A stretch of DNA of 63,629 bases, filler included, from Sphacelaria rigidula (taxonomy: Eukaryota), in assembly GCA_964200075.2 (NCBI GenBank). It is 4 parts of 4 records of this genome, joined end to end, with 100 filler letters (N's around TTAATTAATTAA, not from the genome) between each part and the next. Parts side by side here need not be neighbours in the genome. Positions count along the whole stretch, not along the records: positions 47,801 to 63,629 come from CAXNAA020001578.1; 3 more parts are not named here. One strand, 5' to 3'. Positions 49,685 through 62,774 of the stretch are shown in pieces. The notes under the pieces were generated by a model. It made no database searches. It was given only the letters and a program-made list of their open reading frames with translations, and was not told where the DNA came from. Each line of letters opens with the position of its first letter. Positions within the stretch are counted from its first letter, which is position 1. Position numbers and translations under genes: made by a program.

Positions 49685-51355
49685 GTACTTACTGTACGAT
49701 CAACCCGTTGCTGCACTCCACATGAAGCACGACCAGGAAAAATGAAACTTAAAACACAGAGGCGTTTTGTCATGGTACCTAGAGTACGAGGAAGTTGGCG
49801 AATATGACGGTATCCTGAAGCCCATATAATTGGTGATATTCTGGCACATATCTGTAGGGCCAATACCCCAACGGAAAAAAGGGAATCTAGAAGGTGCAAA
49901 TCAACGGTATTGTTATGCATCTGGGAAAAGTGTTGGGAACACGGCGGACCCACCTTTCGCAGGGATGTTAGCACGGCTGCGCTAAAATAAGGAGGGCGGC
50001 AGAAGTGACATTCCTCCCGCCTTCGTGTGAGGCAGCCACATACTGCAGGATTTATTTTCGGTCGGGGAAAACCCGCATGCAAAATACAAGCGCGAAGTTT
50101 CTTCGGGTCAAGTTGAGTTGCGTCACAGCCAAGAGGCCGAGTTGACCAATTCCAGCTTTGACTGTGAAGGTTTCGTCACTTATTGAAAAGCAACGGCGTG
50201 TCCTTGCGAACTATCACCGCATAACCACGACAGTACGACCCTCTTGACCCAACCAAAAAATGCTCGTGCTGTGTCTGCTTCTGGGAGAGTGACTTCCGTG
50301 TGTCAGAGGCAGAGGGAAATCGAAAAACACCCAAGCACATGTTGTGAGCATGTTGTGCCCGGGGAGTATGGTATGCGTAGAGAAAGAAATCCCCAGCCCT
50401 CGTGCAGTAGCCACGAAATTTCGCCCTTGCCCAGCTGCCAACGCCATCCCTGGTTTGACAGCATTCTGTTCGGTACTTTGGGAGCTACGACAATTCGCGT
50501 GTGCGGCCAGGGCAGAGCTAACTATGTGCCTGCTTCACCGACCGTACTGGACGTACTGACTGTATCGTCGCGAAAACATAAAACTACTGCGAATGAGTGT
50601 AGGCGGCTGTAGCAAAAAAATACATGTCACTCTACACATTTGTGTAGACGGTTCTGGTTACAGACAACCCTGTTGAGCTACTTGCCGGACCAGGTGTGAT
50701 GGAAAGAAGAGGTATCAGGCAGTCCTTCAAGTCGTCTTTGAGAGCATACATAGACTGGGGTACGCCGTCAGTAGTGGCAGCAAGACGAACCAGCTGTCTA
50801 CCGGGATATTGTAGCTCTTGTTGCGGGCGATGGCAAGGAGTGTGCTGTCTGGGCAGCTAGATTGTACATGGTGTTGTGGCTGATGGGCAGGATGGGATCG
50901 GGCCGCACAATAAGTACAGGTTGAGTCTCAATAACCTGTTGTACCACGTTTTTCGGTTGTACTCCAAGTTTTCGCCGAATATGCCCAGCAAAAGGAAATA
51001 TGAAACAAATGGAGTAATCTGAAGAGCACGAAAACAAAAAAACAAGAACAAATGAAGACTAAAGCAAGGAGGAAAAGGGGCAGGAAAATGAATGAAAAAA
51101 AACCGATCTCGATGAAAAAGTGGAAGAAAAAAACACGGGAGAAAACTAGACTTGGCCGACCCCTTGAGCATGGCTTGAGGTAGAGAAAGCAGTGCGCGAA
51201 AGGCGCATCGCACCTATACATGAAACACGAGCAAAAATAAGAAATCGTGGGAGCAGATTTGCGGCTCAGCTATTTCGGGCCATACGACTTGGGCATGAGC
51301 TCTCACTCATGAGCCCTATGGAAGCAAGGCGCCAGACTGCTACTGTCTGCATATC

Positions 51356-52473
51356 GGCGCGACCTATTTGCAGGTGGGGTATGCAAATGAGAGCGTACAG
51401 GTCGCGAACGCCTCCAGAAGCAATTCCACGACAAACCCAATTTCAAATGCTGGTGAGCACACGAAACAACAGGAGGCGTACTCCACAGTAGCACACAGCA
51501 AGGCTGTAACACCGATCATATTTCTTTTGTTGTAAGGCAGAATGCTGTCAACGTAGGCAGCGATGAGTTCTTTTCTCCATACTACTGGGAATCGTGAAAT
51601 CAATTGTTTTTTCCTGGGGCACTTCTTCAAGGCAAGTTCTTGAAGGACAAAAATATGTTGATAATTGATAGTTGCTGCGGCATGGACAACATGATGTTAG
51701 TTTGGTGTTGAAGTGTAATCCTGTCATCATGAGAGTGTGCATTACGTAATGACACCCGTTCACACCCGCCGCAGCCCATGCGCAGGAACACAGTGTGTCC
51801 GGGCAGATAACGACATTTGGATGCTTTTAAATACTATACACGGCCATATACCCGCAAGAAGGGAAACTTGTGAAATCACACCATCATTGTACTACAAGTA
51901 TCGTTGTCTGCTGTCTGCCGTGCGGGCTGTACACTATGTACAGCGGACAACAGACAACAGCAGTAGTACAGGAGTACTACTGTACGAGGCCTAGAGTGCT
52001 CTGAGCGCAGTTGACAAGTGGTGCGATACAGGAATACTCCCACTACTCGTGCTGCTACTTGGATAGCCTGCACAACGGTACACGGACAACGTGTACAGAC
52101 AGCGTGGTGTCTTGTACAACAGCAGTGCAACAACAGTAAGCAGCTGATGCATACTGTATACAATCCGTGTTGTCAGAGCATCCGTGCAATCGAGCATGCG
52201 CGGTGCTTGGCTGACCAAGAACACAAGACAACTGTTTGCTGGTCAATACAATATCGAGCAGAGAGTGCATCGCCGCAGGCGTGTGTGGTCTCCTGCCCTA
52301 CGACAAGCTGTTCTCTTTACTACCCTGCTGTGGACTGCTGTGAAGTGCGACTGACCGTTGATTCGTGTGTCTAGCATTTCGATTTGAAATTGGGTTCATC
52401 GTGGGTTGGTTCTGGAGGCGTTCGCGACCTGTACGCTCTTATTTGCATACCCCACCTGCAGATAGGTCGCGCC
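51356..52473. mobile_element. 1.1-kb non-autonomous TIR element (about 120-bp arms)
   Basis: GGCGCGACCTATTTGCAGGTGGGGTATGCAAAT.AGAGCGTACAGGTCGCGAACGCCTCCAGAA present in inverted orientation at both ends. Confidence 0.85.
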
Positions 52474-54011
52474 TTGTATATCACTGAGAAAAAAGAAACA
52501 TCGAGACAGAGAGTCGGAGAGAAGAGAGGAGAAGGAAAAACACTACTTGTGTATATATATATCTAGATATGAGACGGCAACGAAGTTGCAATAGTAAATG
52601 TACGCACCATCCCGGAATCGTGCTGTGAAGGACACTGGGAAGGGTTCTCGGAACATTTAATGGGATAGTCCTGGATGCGGAGAGCTCAGCGGTACGTTGG
52701 ATGGCGCGCTAGCAAGTGTACTACGCGACGGTCTACTCGTTACGTTTCCGTGGTTCTCGATATGCACTGAGGGAACTCTAGCGGTAACACAGCGAACAAT
52801 TCCTCAGAATGGCGCGCTTTGGTCCCGGCTGTCATGTGCGTCTTAGCGCCTTCCTCTAAGATCCGGTGCCGTTCAGAAATATCTTGGGCAACCTGCGTCC
52901 GCAATGTCACGTTTATTCCGAAGTCGGAGCAGTATTCCGTGACACCGTATTGTAGGTGTCTCGCTCGTCGGCCTGTCATCGTCTTCCCTCCAACCATTAC
53001 CCCACGCATGTCTATGCTGGGGAGGCATTCGTCGTAAATGCGCACGACGTGGCCGGCGTATAGGGAAATTCACCTCATCATGGTAGCCTCGACGCACTCG
53101 CAGCTAGTTTTTTTAAGATCCTCGGGGTATGGCAGCATGTGGCAGTTGGGAGCGCCACGGCTTGAGGTATGCTTGTTGAGGCACCTCAGCAAGAACCCGC
53201 GGTGGGCTTCCCGCGACGTGTCGAACTTGTTGACCGCGATGGTCCAGGTCACGCAGATGTATAGCATGACCTCGATCACTTCTGCCTCCAGGCGACGAAC
53301 CTTGGCGGCCAGGGCGGCATACGGATTATCTTATACCCCTCTGCCGTACTCGTAGAAGCACTTCTAGGCCTGGCCAATGTGGCTGTGAACCTCAGGGATG
53401 ACATCGCCGATGCTGGTGAGTTTGCCGCGGAGACAGATGGAACACACAACGTGTTTGTATCTTTGACCCGCCGCCTCCTCATCGATCACAGCCGCCTTCG
53501 TGCTTGGGGAGCGCATGTGCATTTTTTCCGCCTTCTTATCCGCGACGATGAGACCAAACGTCGCAGAAACTTGCATGATGGCCGTCATCATCTTCGCTAG
53601 GCTTACTCGAGATCGCGAGGCGATGCCAGCGTCGTCGGCGTATAGCATGACCCCGTGCAGTTTGCTTACTATAGTTCGTCCCTGGTCTTCCCGCCCCTTT
53701 CAGCGATGCGAGTTGAGTCGTTCGCCATCGCTTTGTTGGTCGAAAAGCGATCGAACGTTCGCCTTCAGCACCTCCACGAAGATGATGCTGAACAGACCGG
53801 GGAAAGCATACGGCCTTGGCGAAGGCCCTGGTTGACGTCGAACCAGTCAGACGTCTCCCCGCTGCCAAGGTGTGTACGCACGCCCCCATGCCGTCGTGAA
53901 ACTGGCGGATGATGGATATAATCTCGGCAGGGATGCCGTATCATGCTAGCACGTTCCAGAGAAAAGGGCAGTCGACTGAGTCGTATGCCTTCTGGAGGTC
54001 GATGACGCACA

Positions 54012-54344
54012 CACACGCGGCCATTTGGCTATCTCCAAAATTCCTCCAGGTGGGTAAACTTTTCGAGCCTCCAGAGGAATTAATCGTCTCCGGAGGGGTG
54101 CGCGACCCTCTAGAGGAGATTTTTTGGTTCCCTCCAGAGGGATTAAACGCCTCCGGAAGCTTATTTTTGCCTCTGGAGGGCCGCGCATACCCCGAAATTC
54201 CTTCGAAGCGGTGCGCGGCCCTCCGGGTCGGTAGAGTTTGGTTTTCTCCAGAGGGATTGAAGGCCTCCGGAGGCTTGTTTCCCCTCTGGAGGGCCGCGCA
54301 TCCCTCCGGAGGCATTTTGGGGTGTAGCCAAATGGCCGCGTGTG
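54012..54344. mobile_element. MITE with 20-bp perfect TIR (CACACGCGGCCATTTGGCTA) and 2-bp CA TSD
   Basis: Removing the element plus one CA restores the LINE RT frame N-M-C-V-I-D-L-Q-K-A-Y-D. Confidence 0.85.
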
Positions 54345-54625
54345 CATGTTCAGCAGGAAGATTCCTCTCTCTGACCTGTTCTGGGAGCCTCCGCACAATG
54401 AACATCGTGTCGACTGTCAATCGCCCGGGTCGGGAGCCGCATTCAGCTTCTGGGAGACTCCTTCCCAGTCGCAGTAGACGCTGAGGCGAGTCGCAACTAT
54501 GTTCAGAACCACCTTACCCGCTTGGGACCCTTGCGAAATACCGCTGTGGATGCCGCACTCATGCGGTTCCTGGTTCTTGAGCACCACGTTGATGACAGTG
54601 TCTTTCCATTCCTGGTATACTACTT

Positions 54626-54902
54626 GATCAATGCCACGGTAAGGGTTGCACTTTTTGTTTTTGGGTCTCTTTTTTTGTAGAAGCCCGAATATATGGTGTT
54701 TATACTGTGCAATCCGAATCTTCGCGGACCGAACTCCCAGAAACATGGTGTTTGCACGCAGGGGCCTTTTCGTGAATCGGCATCATTTTCAGTTTTTTCG
54801 AGTAAAAATGATGCCGATTCTCAAAATGATCCGTCCAACACCCCGAGCAGCCCCGAGAAACGTTTTCGCTCAAAAAGTGCAACCCCTACCGTAGCATTGC
54901 TC
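54626..54902. mobile_element. MITE with about 32-bp TIR (GA[G/T]CAATGC..CGGTA.GGGTTGCACTTTTTG) and 4-bp ACTT TSD
   Basis: Excision restores the LINE frame CREKV-VYQEWKD. Confidence 0.85.
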
Positions 54903-56275
54903 ACTTTCTCACGGCATATTGTGAGCACGATATTGTGGAGACACGTCAGGACGGTAGAGTTCTCGGTGAGGTCGACATTCAATAGTTCACCACACAGGCT
55001 GTTTGTCCCAACAGCCTTGCCGTTCGCCAAATGCCGACTAACTCCTTCGCTTCTTCCATCGAGAGGCTTTTAGTATATCTCTCTATATATGTAGTGTTGG
55101 GGAGTGAGAGGGATACGCATACCCTTTGTCGCTCGCGTTTCTCCCCCATCTCCACTTCTTGCCATGATTTATTTACTCAGAGGACCAGCTGCGTGTCAAT
55201 GTGCCGGGCATGGTCTCCTCGCCCTCCCCCCTCCCCTCTCTCCTGCCTACCTCGAAGCGCGTGTGTTTGTGCGAAGGTCAAGCCACCCGGAGGATCGAAA
55301 AATAGTGACTGGTGAGCCTGACCGCAAAACTCATACATGCATGAGACTGGTGCGAAAGTTCGTATCAGGATTATACTTGTCTCTTGACGACCGCAGTGGA
55401 TCCTACTGAGCATGTTGAAAGGGTTTTCTTATTATGCTGATGTGTTTTCAGTCCCTGGGGTATGTATGTCTTGGCTGTGAGAGGTCGGTACCTGTGGTTC
55501 CGTAGGTTGACCGTGTATATCACCGGTACGTAGTATACCACCCCCTGAGTAACAACCCCGGGTAGATGATGAATTTTTCGTTGCTTTTGGCGCAATGTCA
55601 TCTAAAGCACTTGATTGGTTATGTAGGATATCACCCCCTACCCCCTTGATATCACCCCTGAATGATAATTTTCCCGGTCCGAAAAACTTATCACCTGAGG
55701 TTGCTTATACACAAATACCTACGATATGTACCGGGTGAGAGATGGGTTGATTCCTTGAGAGATCTCAGACTCGTTCCGAGGAAGAGGAGGAAGTTCGAAG
55801 TTTTGCCAGAAGAAAAAACTGGCGTAGAAAGTGCTGGCACCAAGCGCTCACCAATATCCAGGAGACGAATACATGCATTCTACCTGGGGTGGTATTACAG
55901 CAGTGATGACAGAGTGCCTCTCTCAACCCGATCCCCCCCCTCCCCCCCCTCCCCCCTCTCTCCTTCTCCTCCCCTCCTCTCCCTCTCACCTCCTGCTTGT
56001 TGAAGCGGTCACGGCCACAGCCAACGCAGGCCATGTTGTATTGGACTCGTCACGTGTTTGAGTGTGTGTGGGGGGGAGGGGGCGCGTGTGTGTATCCTCT
56101 GGGCGTGGTTTACATCCTAGCCGGACTAGGCTTCGACACCTAATGGGTGAAGAATTAAGATCGCGAACATTTTCTCTTTTCGTGGTACGGATATCCCCCT
56201 CCCCACGCCCCCGCGCGCGCGGCTCGTAACCGACCCCAACTCACATGCACACATCCATATACGCATGCATAACAG

Positions 56276-56513
56276 GGTGGACGGACTTCACAGCAAGGTG
56301 AAGGAGGTGTACGCGGGTTCGGTGCACTCTTGCGTGCTCACCAGGGAGGGCACGGTCTATTCCTTCGGCAAGCACGAGTATACGGGCCATGGAGACGTAC
56401 ACGACGTTCTGGAGCCGCGATTAATACCAGCGTTTTCAGGGGGGAGCGAAGCCATCGTACGGCAAATAAGCGTCGGTCCCGGGGGCTACCACACGTGTGC
56501 GCTGACGTGTCAG
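56276..56513 (+). CDS. RCC1-repeat protein exon
   Basis: Phase 2-0: VDGLHSKVKEVYAGSVHSCVLTREGTVYSFGKHEYTGHGD...ISVGPGGYHTCALTCQ. Confidence 0.92.
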
Positions 56514-56602
56514 GTATGTGCTTGTACGCGATTGGATGGATGTTGATGTCTGTCGTTTTGATGTTGAATTGTGTTGATATAATAATAAAAAAAACGGGGA
56601 GA

Positions 56603-56900
56603 TTGTTGTGTTCTGTAGGGTACGGGTATGTTGGGTACGGTACGAGATTCATCACAGAACTTTTATGACTGTTGGGTACCGGTATGGAAATCGTACAGAA
56701 ACCCTTACGCGCAAACGGTTATTTGAACAAGAGTATATACTTGTAACCCGAGTAAAGGTGAAGATTTCGTACAAATCTTGCAGAACTGTTGGGTACTAGT
56801 ATGAAGGACTTACAGAACTCACATCATTGTCGCATACGAGTAATACCTGCGTGAATACCCAGGGTATACAAAAATACCGTACCCTGCAGAACCCAGCCTT
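56603..56900. mobile_element. MITE-like element rich in GGGTAC/ACAGAAC subrepeats
   Basis: Inverted ends GTTCTGTAGGGTACGG / CCGTACCCTGCAGAAC. Confidence 0.6.
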
Positions 56901-57314
56901 GAGAAAAAGTGTGTAGTTTCAGTTGGAAGCATGTGATTTTTTTTTTTTTGTCATCGTCTGGTTGCTGAGTGGCGTTTGTGTGATACCGTGTTGTTAGGAA
57001 TAGGCGTGCGGCTCAAGATTTTCTCCCGAAGATACCGCCGTATTTTGAAGACCTTTTTTCTACACAGTCAAGGCCTTGTGCACCGACCGCAAGGAACAAG
57101 GCGGCTGGTTTCCTCACCTGATTTCTTTTTCATAGTAATGGCGATAGGATTAACTACACGCCAAAATGTTTGACCCCACGCGTAGTTCGTCCCAGTTTTT
57201 GTCAACATGATCTCATCTTCGACTGCACGATCATTTTATGATTTCGACGCGGGGGGGCATTTGTCACCTTTGTTGCTATTTGCTGTTGGCGGGCGGGGGC
57301 ACTGCGCCTTACAG

Positions 57315-57446
57315 GGTGAGGTATACGCCTGGGGACACAACCGGGTGGCACAGTTGGGCATCGGCAATTCCTTCACGGTACCGCGAAACTCGGAGGGGGC
57401 GTACTTTCTGCCCAGCCCGCAGCTGGTGGAATCGTTGCTCGGCGTG
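57315..57446 (+). CDS. RCC1-repeat protein exon
   Basis: Phase 0-0: GEVYAWGHNRVAQLGIGNS...PSPQLVESLLGV. Confidence 0.9.
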
Positions 57447-57994
57447 GTGAGGATTTTACGAATTACAGTATTAGAACATGCTCCAAAGAGTGAGTGACGC
57501 ACGCGCGCTACGTACACACGCGATTATCCTCTGCCATCCGCAGTTTTAGACGCGAATGTGTTCATAGAGGCAACAGAAAGCACGACGTTCTCGTGCGACG
57601 TGCGATGAGCGTTCTGTAGACGCGATACATACCGATGCCCCCTCCCCCCTCCCCTCCGTTTCCCCACCTTTAACCCCAAATGAAGCGGGGTGGTCAAGGC
57701 GAAGATGCGGGTAGCGCAGTTATTACAAACGTCAAAGTGTGCGGAAAAGGAAGTCAACGTTAGTAAGAAGTTGTGGGTACAAGATGTTGCGTGCTGAGGG
57801 CGAGTGCTCTCCCTCTCCCTCTGTTGCGTGCTGCGGGGTGTGCGCCTGGTTCATTTACACTTTGAAAAATGTGAAACCTTGACATGTTCGCGATAAATCG
57901 TCACACATTTGCAGCGTAGACCCCTGAACCGAACTGACGAGGCCGCAAAACTTCCGTACCGGACCTCTCCCTATCCCCCCTACTGCCACAACAG

Positions 57995-58240
57995 AACATA
58001 GTGAAGGTGGTTGCCGGTTGGGGTCACAGCGCGGCCCTCACCATGGGCGGTCAGGTGTACGTCTGCGGACGCAACTACCAGGGACAGCTGGGTCTCGGCA
58101 GCCCGCAGCGGTTCCCGCAGAACGAGCGGGGTCACGCGTTCCAGGCGGACTTCTGTTTGATAGAGAGACTCTCTCACCTCAAGATCACTCAGATTGCTTG
58201 CGGCGGGGAGCACTCGGTTGCCGTTGCGGAAAATGGCGAG
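57995..58240 (+). CDS. RCC1-repeat protein exon
   Basis: Phase 0-0: NIVKVVAGWGHSAALTMGGQVYVCGRNYQGQLGLG...ITQIACGGEHSVAVAENGE. Confidence 0.92.
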
Positions 58241-59655
58241 GTGTGTATCGTGTGTATGTGTGCGTGTGCGTGTGCGTGTGCGTGTGCGTGTTCCGTGGCA
58301 AGTGTTCCGTGGCAAGTGTTTAGGTGTGCAGCGAGTCAAGCCGTGTGCCAGCAATATCTTGGAATGCCGAGGTATGTATGTAGTATTCGTATTTTGTACC
58401 GCCGCCCCGGCCGTTCAGTTGATAATCTCGTAAACTTTCCGACGGTCAGGTTGTGAGTTCGATTCTAGGTGAAGTCACACGAGCTGCAGACACCGCGTGT
58501 TTCTGTCCAGCTGTATTTTTGTCCAGAGGTCATTTTCCATACCTCGGAATCGAGCGAGTGGGAAAGGTGGGCTAGACTCCTCTCGATGGGGTGACCTCAA
58601 GTCTCCAAGACACGTCACGGTGATATATCCTGTTGAGGGGGGGGGGGGCAAAAACTGTGTCAAATGTCCCAAAAGGAGAAAATACCCCCCCCCCCCCCAA
58701 AAAAAAAAAAAAAAAAACAAAAAAAAAAAAAAAACACAAACGAGAACCANNNNNNNNNNAAGACCCACCATGTTAATTTTTCCTATTGGGGGGGGGTGGG
58801 CAAAAACTTTTACAAATGGCCCAAAAGGAAAAAATCCCCCCCCCCCCCCAAAAAAAACAAAAGCAAAACAAAAAACAAAGTAATACCAACCCTGAGGAAC
58901 GGCCTGAAGCGCACATTTGAGCCAGAACAAAGCATACTTTGCCTAGGACATTCACCTATAGAGGCACCTCCCTTGTCCGATAGTATTCGGTCTGCCCTGG
59001 GTTGGGGTTGAGATTAGCGTCAAGCTTTGGCTAGAACAAAATATGTGGCAACCGTCTCTGAGTTGCGACGGGCTTGGGTAAACCCGCCTCGCCGCGAGCG
59101 CCGTGTCCGGGACTGTAAGCTGGCTGCAGTGGCGCACACGCGCGAGGCCTACGCCGACGAGTTGCCCCTGTCGGCTCGGAAGGGTGGACGATGAACACGT
59201 GCGAGGACATCCTCTGTGCTCCTAGTTTCCTCTCCTACCGCTTGGTCATTGCTGTTGTCAGTCTATGCCACGCCTACATCGTGCGTGGTGCACCAATGCC
59301 AACGTGAGCCCGGTCTCATGCATCGCAATGTGCACCAAACAGTCTTCTTCGCCCACAGGCCGCGGGTACTCACGATCGATCACAGTGGTAATCACCGAGC
59401 TTGAAACATTTCTTTTTTTAATGAAGACTCGTCAACACGACGAAGCCCAGAGAAAAGAGTTTGTTTGCAGTGCACGAGCGTAGCCATGAGCTTGTCTGTG
59501 GTACTTCGTATGCTTTTTTAAATTCCTCTTGAATACTGGAAAGACGAGCCTACATATGTGTCCACGGGTGCGAGATATCGGGCTAATGTGCGGAAAAAAT
59601 CATAGTCATGATCATGATCATATTCATATACATGATCATATTCATACCCGTGCAG

Positions 59656-59753
59656 GTGTGGTCGTTCGGCGCTGGTCAGAAGGGTCAGCTAGGACACGAA
59701 ACAACGGAGCGCGAGGATTTTCCACGCCTTGTAGAGCGCCTGAAAAGCACCCG
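59656..59753 (+). CDS. RCC1-repeat protein exon
   Basis: Phase 0-2: VWSFGAGQKGQLGHETTEREDFPRLVERLKST(R). Confidence 0.9.
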
Positions 59754-60884
59754 GTGAGCTTTGGTTTGGTTTGTTTTTTTGTAGAACCCACTGTTATTCT
59801 CGGAAGTCTCTGTAGAAGTCTTTTTAATACTATCGTGAACAGTAGTCGGTGTATGTACAAGACCCAGGTGGACAGATACGAACAGAGGATGATGACTCCA
59901 GTGTGAGATGGAACGCAGATGTTTCGGGAAAATGCCCGTCATAATCCAGTGTACCCTGAAAACAAGGATCATACACTTGGTTTCTGTTTGTTTTTCTTTG
60001 ACAGAATGCCGCCGCCGCCACCCTTCTACCCCCCATACACCCGGTTTCCTCCTGTCCCCGAAGAAAATGGCCCAAAGTCATTTTCTGCAGTGGCGTTTCC
60101 CGCCTTGTTCCCCGAACGATATACACCGGCGCGACGTCGCTTTGCACGCGTCAATTTTCGCACGTGCGGCTGAGGTCTTTATGGTCTTTGAGTTGGCGTC
60201 TGTTGAGCTGTGTTCTCGACTTTGATGTCGGCGCCCTCACTCCAGCATGGTCTGTGACGCCAGACAGGAGAAAACTGCCGGATCACTGCTGTTTGAGGGA
60301 CTCCCCAGTCGCACTGGCCTCAGTTTCAGTTGTCAGCCTTTACAACATTTGATTATCCGGAGTGCCCTTACATGCACAGCCTCATAGACCTGTCAGGGTA
60401 TCATCCCCGTGTCCCCGGTCATTTTCCAGAATCCTCCAGAATCATCGTGTCCTCGGTCATTATCCAGATCATCACTACCAACTCAGCGTAATGGCGTAAT
60501 TTCGTCACAGACCCTATTCATTTTGTGACCTTGAATTCCTGCATCGTAGCCTCCCGAAAGGGGTTCGTCGGTGAATGTCGATGGGCTGCGGGAGTCACTA
60601 GTGCTGCGCTGATCCTCGATTCATGAATTTGATTAATAAATTTGACTAAAGAGTAGCGGGGAGAAGTTGACGAGGAGTTTCCGCGGTGCAGCAGCGCTAT
60701 TCCAATCTGCGATACCAAAATGTCAGGCAGATACCATACGTACGAGGGAGATACGGGTTTGATTGATTTGCCCTCTGGAGACTTCGGACTCGTCTTGAAG
60801 GAAGGTCGGTATAGACACCAATGATGAACAAATACATGTGTGTGTGCGTGCGTGCGTGCCATCCGCGCGACTTCCATTTGCCAG

Positions 60885-61015
60885 GAGGGAAATACTGCAC
60901 GTGGCGTGTGGAAACAACTGCACCCTGGTGCTGGCCGGGGGGGAAGCATTTCCGTCTCTGTTTGAGCGATCCGCTGCGGTCGTGCGCGGCAACCCGGCAT
61001 TGTGGGCGGATGTAG
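60885..61015 (+). CDS. RCC1-repeat protein exon (last blade plus C-terminal extension; stop codon not located)
   Basis: CAG/GTGAGT bounded, phase 2-1: REILHVACGNNCTLVLAGGEAFPSLFERSAAVVRGNPALWADV. Confidence 0.85.
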
Positions 61016-62427
61016 GTGAGTTGTGACACGAGGAGCACGGGGGCCATACCATGTATTCATATACCACCGGTAGGTTTGCTGGCCACCACCACTACTTGAA
61101 TTACACTCCCCGGATGATGACTTCTCCGGCTGTTTCAGACACCGTATCGGTACAATGGGTTGTCTCTTTACAGCGCGGTCCTCTACAGTGCGGGGTCCCA
61201 CCACAGTGTCGGCAAAATCACTTGTCACAAGTCCGGCCCGCTATACTGATCGAGCACTTACACTATACCGGTATATTGGGGGTTCCCTGTATAGTGCGGT
61301 CGTGTTGAGCTGACGACCCACCGCACTCTGCTGGAACCCCCACTGCACTCCCGGTACTGCACCGGGGTACGTTACAACCCCTAAATACCAGCTCCGGGTG
61401 ACGAGTTTTAGGCCTATTGGGGTACCGTTACTGGTACCCATGGGACTCTACTGGAGTTCGTTGTATATCAGCCCTGACTATCACCCTCGGGTCTTGTGTT
61501 TTGAGGTCCCAAAAACTTGTCATTCCCGGGATGGTATATACCGTAAGCTACGTAGGCACTTGTGGCTCTTTATACTTGTATGGGTGAGACAATGCTTGGT
61601 CATTCATGTCGCTCATCATGAACGTTTTGACGGCGTAATAGGGTGATCAAAGCGGCCTCAAGTTTTGCGTTGACAGTGAAGAACAAGACAAAACAAAACG
61701 TGTACTTCCTCTGTCTCGTAAGTCTAGGAAGTTATCTATGTACGAGCCCTTAACGGCGCCTGATTTGATTTTCGATTTTTTTAATTGCATTCGTTGGCGT
61801 TTTTTTAGCTAGAAACAACACTCTTTCTACAACGTGGGTGCTCGACGCGTGCAGTCGCGCGGTCGAGAAAAAGTAGATCGGCAAAAAAATGGCAATTGTT
61901 CGCTCTTTTTCCCAGTAAGCATGGGGGATCCGGGAACACGAAAAATCGCGAAAAACCGGGAAAAAAACGTGTGAATAGCAAAGGGCCATTGATTTTGGAT
62001 ATCTCCGTGACGTTAACCTACGCACGCTGCATCAAACATGTTTTCAGCATGTTATCGCTGGTGTTTGACGTAAAAACGTCCAAACTTGGTCAATATTGGG
62101 GTATACGTGGACCAAAAGTGGGCCAAATTGGGCATATTTAGACGTGATTTTAATGTGGACAGCTAATTTTTTTTTCTAATTTTCTATTTGCATCAACTTC
62201 GTTGGCGCTTCATCTTTTCAACGAACCCAACGATAGGATGATCGGAAGAGTTTGAATGCGCAAACGATGAAAAGCCCATCTCTGCATAACAAGACGCAAC
62301 AGTGTTTGCATGAAATTCACTGTTTTTGGTCATGATCCGAAATTTCGAACATTGTTTGACGCCTGTGCAGCTAGCTCTCAGTGGCACGTGAACCGCGTCG
62401 TATCCTCCCAAATATTCCTATGCATCA

Positions 62428-62774
62428 CGCCGCCACGCCCTGGTGATGTAATGGTCCGACTGTCGCCATTAGGGTGGAGAGAACGAGGGTTCGATTCCCG
62501 ATGCGCTGAGTTTTTTCTCCCTGGTATCTGATTTCTACGATGGAAAGCGTGAGAACGCGAGTAAATAAAGTGGTTGACTGAGTTTGTTTGACGTGAGTTG
62601 ACGTGGTGCGGGAGTGTTAGTCATGATCCAATCCGCGAGACCAAAATGCAAGGCGTGTACCGGGGAGAGACGGGCCGATCACTCGAGACCATTAGATCAC
62701 GGACTCGTCCCGAGGAAGTGAAGGGGTTCAAAGTGCGACAAAAAAAATGAAATAAAATGAAATAAAATGAAATA
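62428..62774 (+). mobile_element. tRNA-derived SINE, full length, with (AAATGAAATA)n tail
   Basis: Collinear with 18411-18717; B-box GGTTCGATTCCC. Confidence 0.85.

Larger units (their letters stand above)
52560..55040 (-). mobile_element. Degenerate RTE-like LINE (family B) in an RCC1-gene intron, carrying two nested MITEs
   Basis: MANGKAVG..L.GELL, WKD..I.V..K, IDLQKAYDSVD, WFDVNQGLRQG, MLYADDAG motifs in order. Confidence 0.9.

Noticed and set aside
58610-58880. Tandem duplication flanking a short N gap (similar case at 42090-42270)
   Set aside because: Homopolymer-rich, low-quality-looking copies on either side of Ns; likely an assembly artefact
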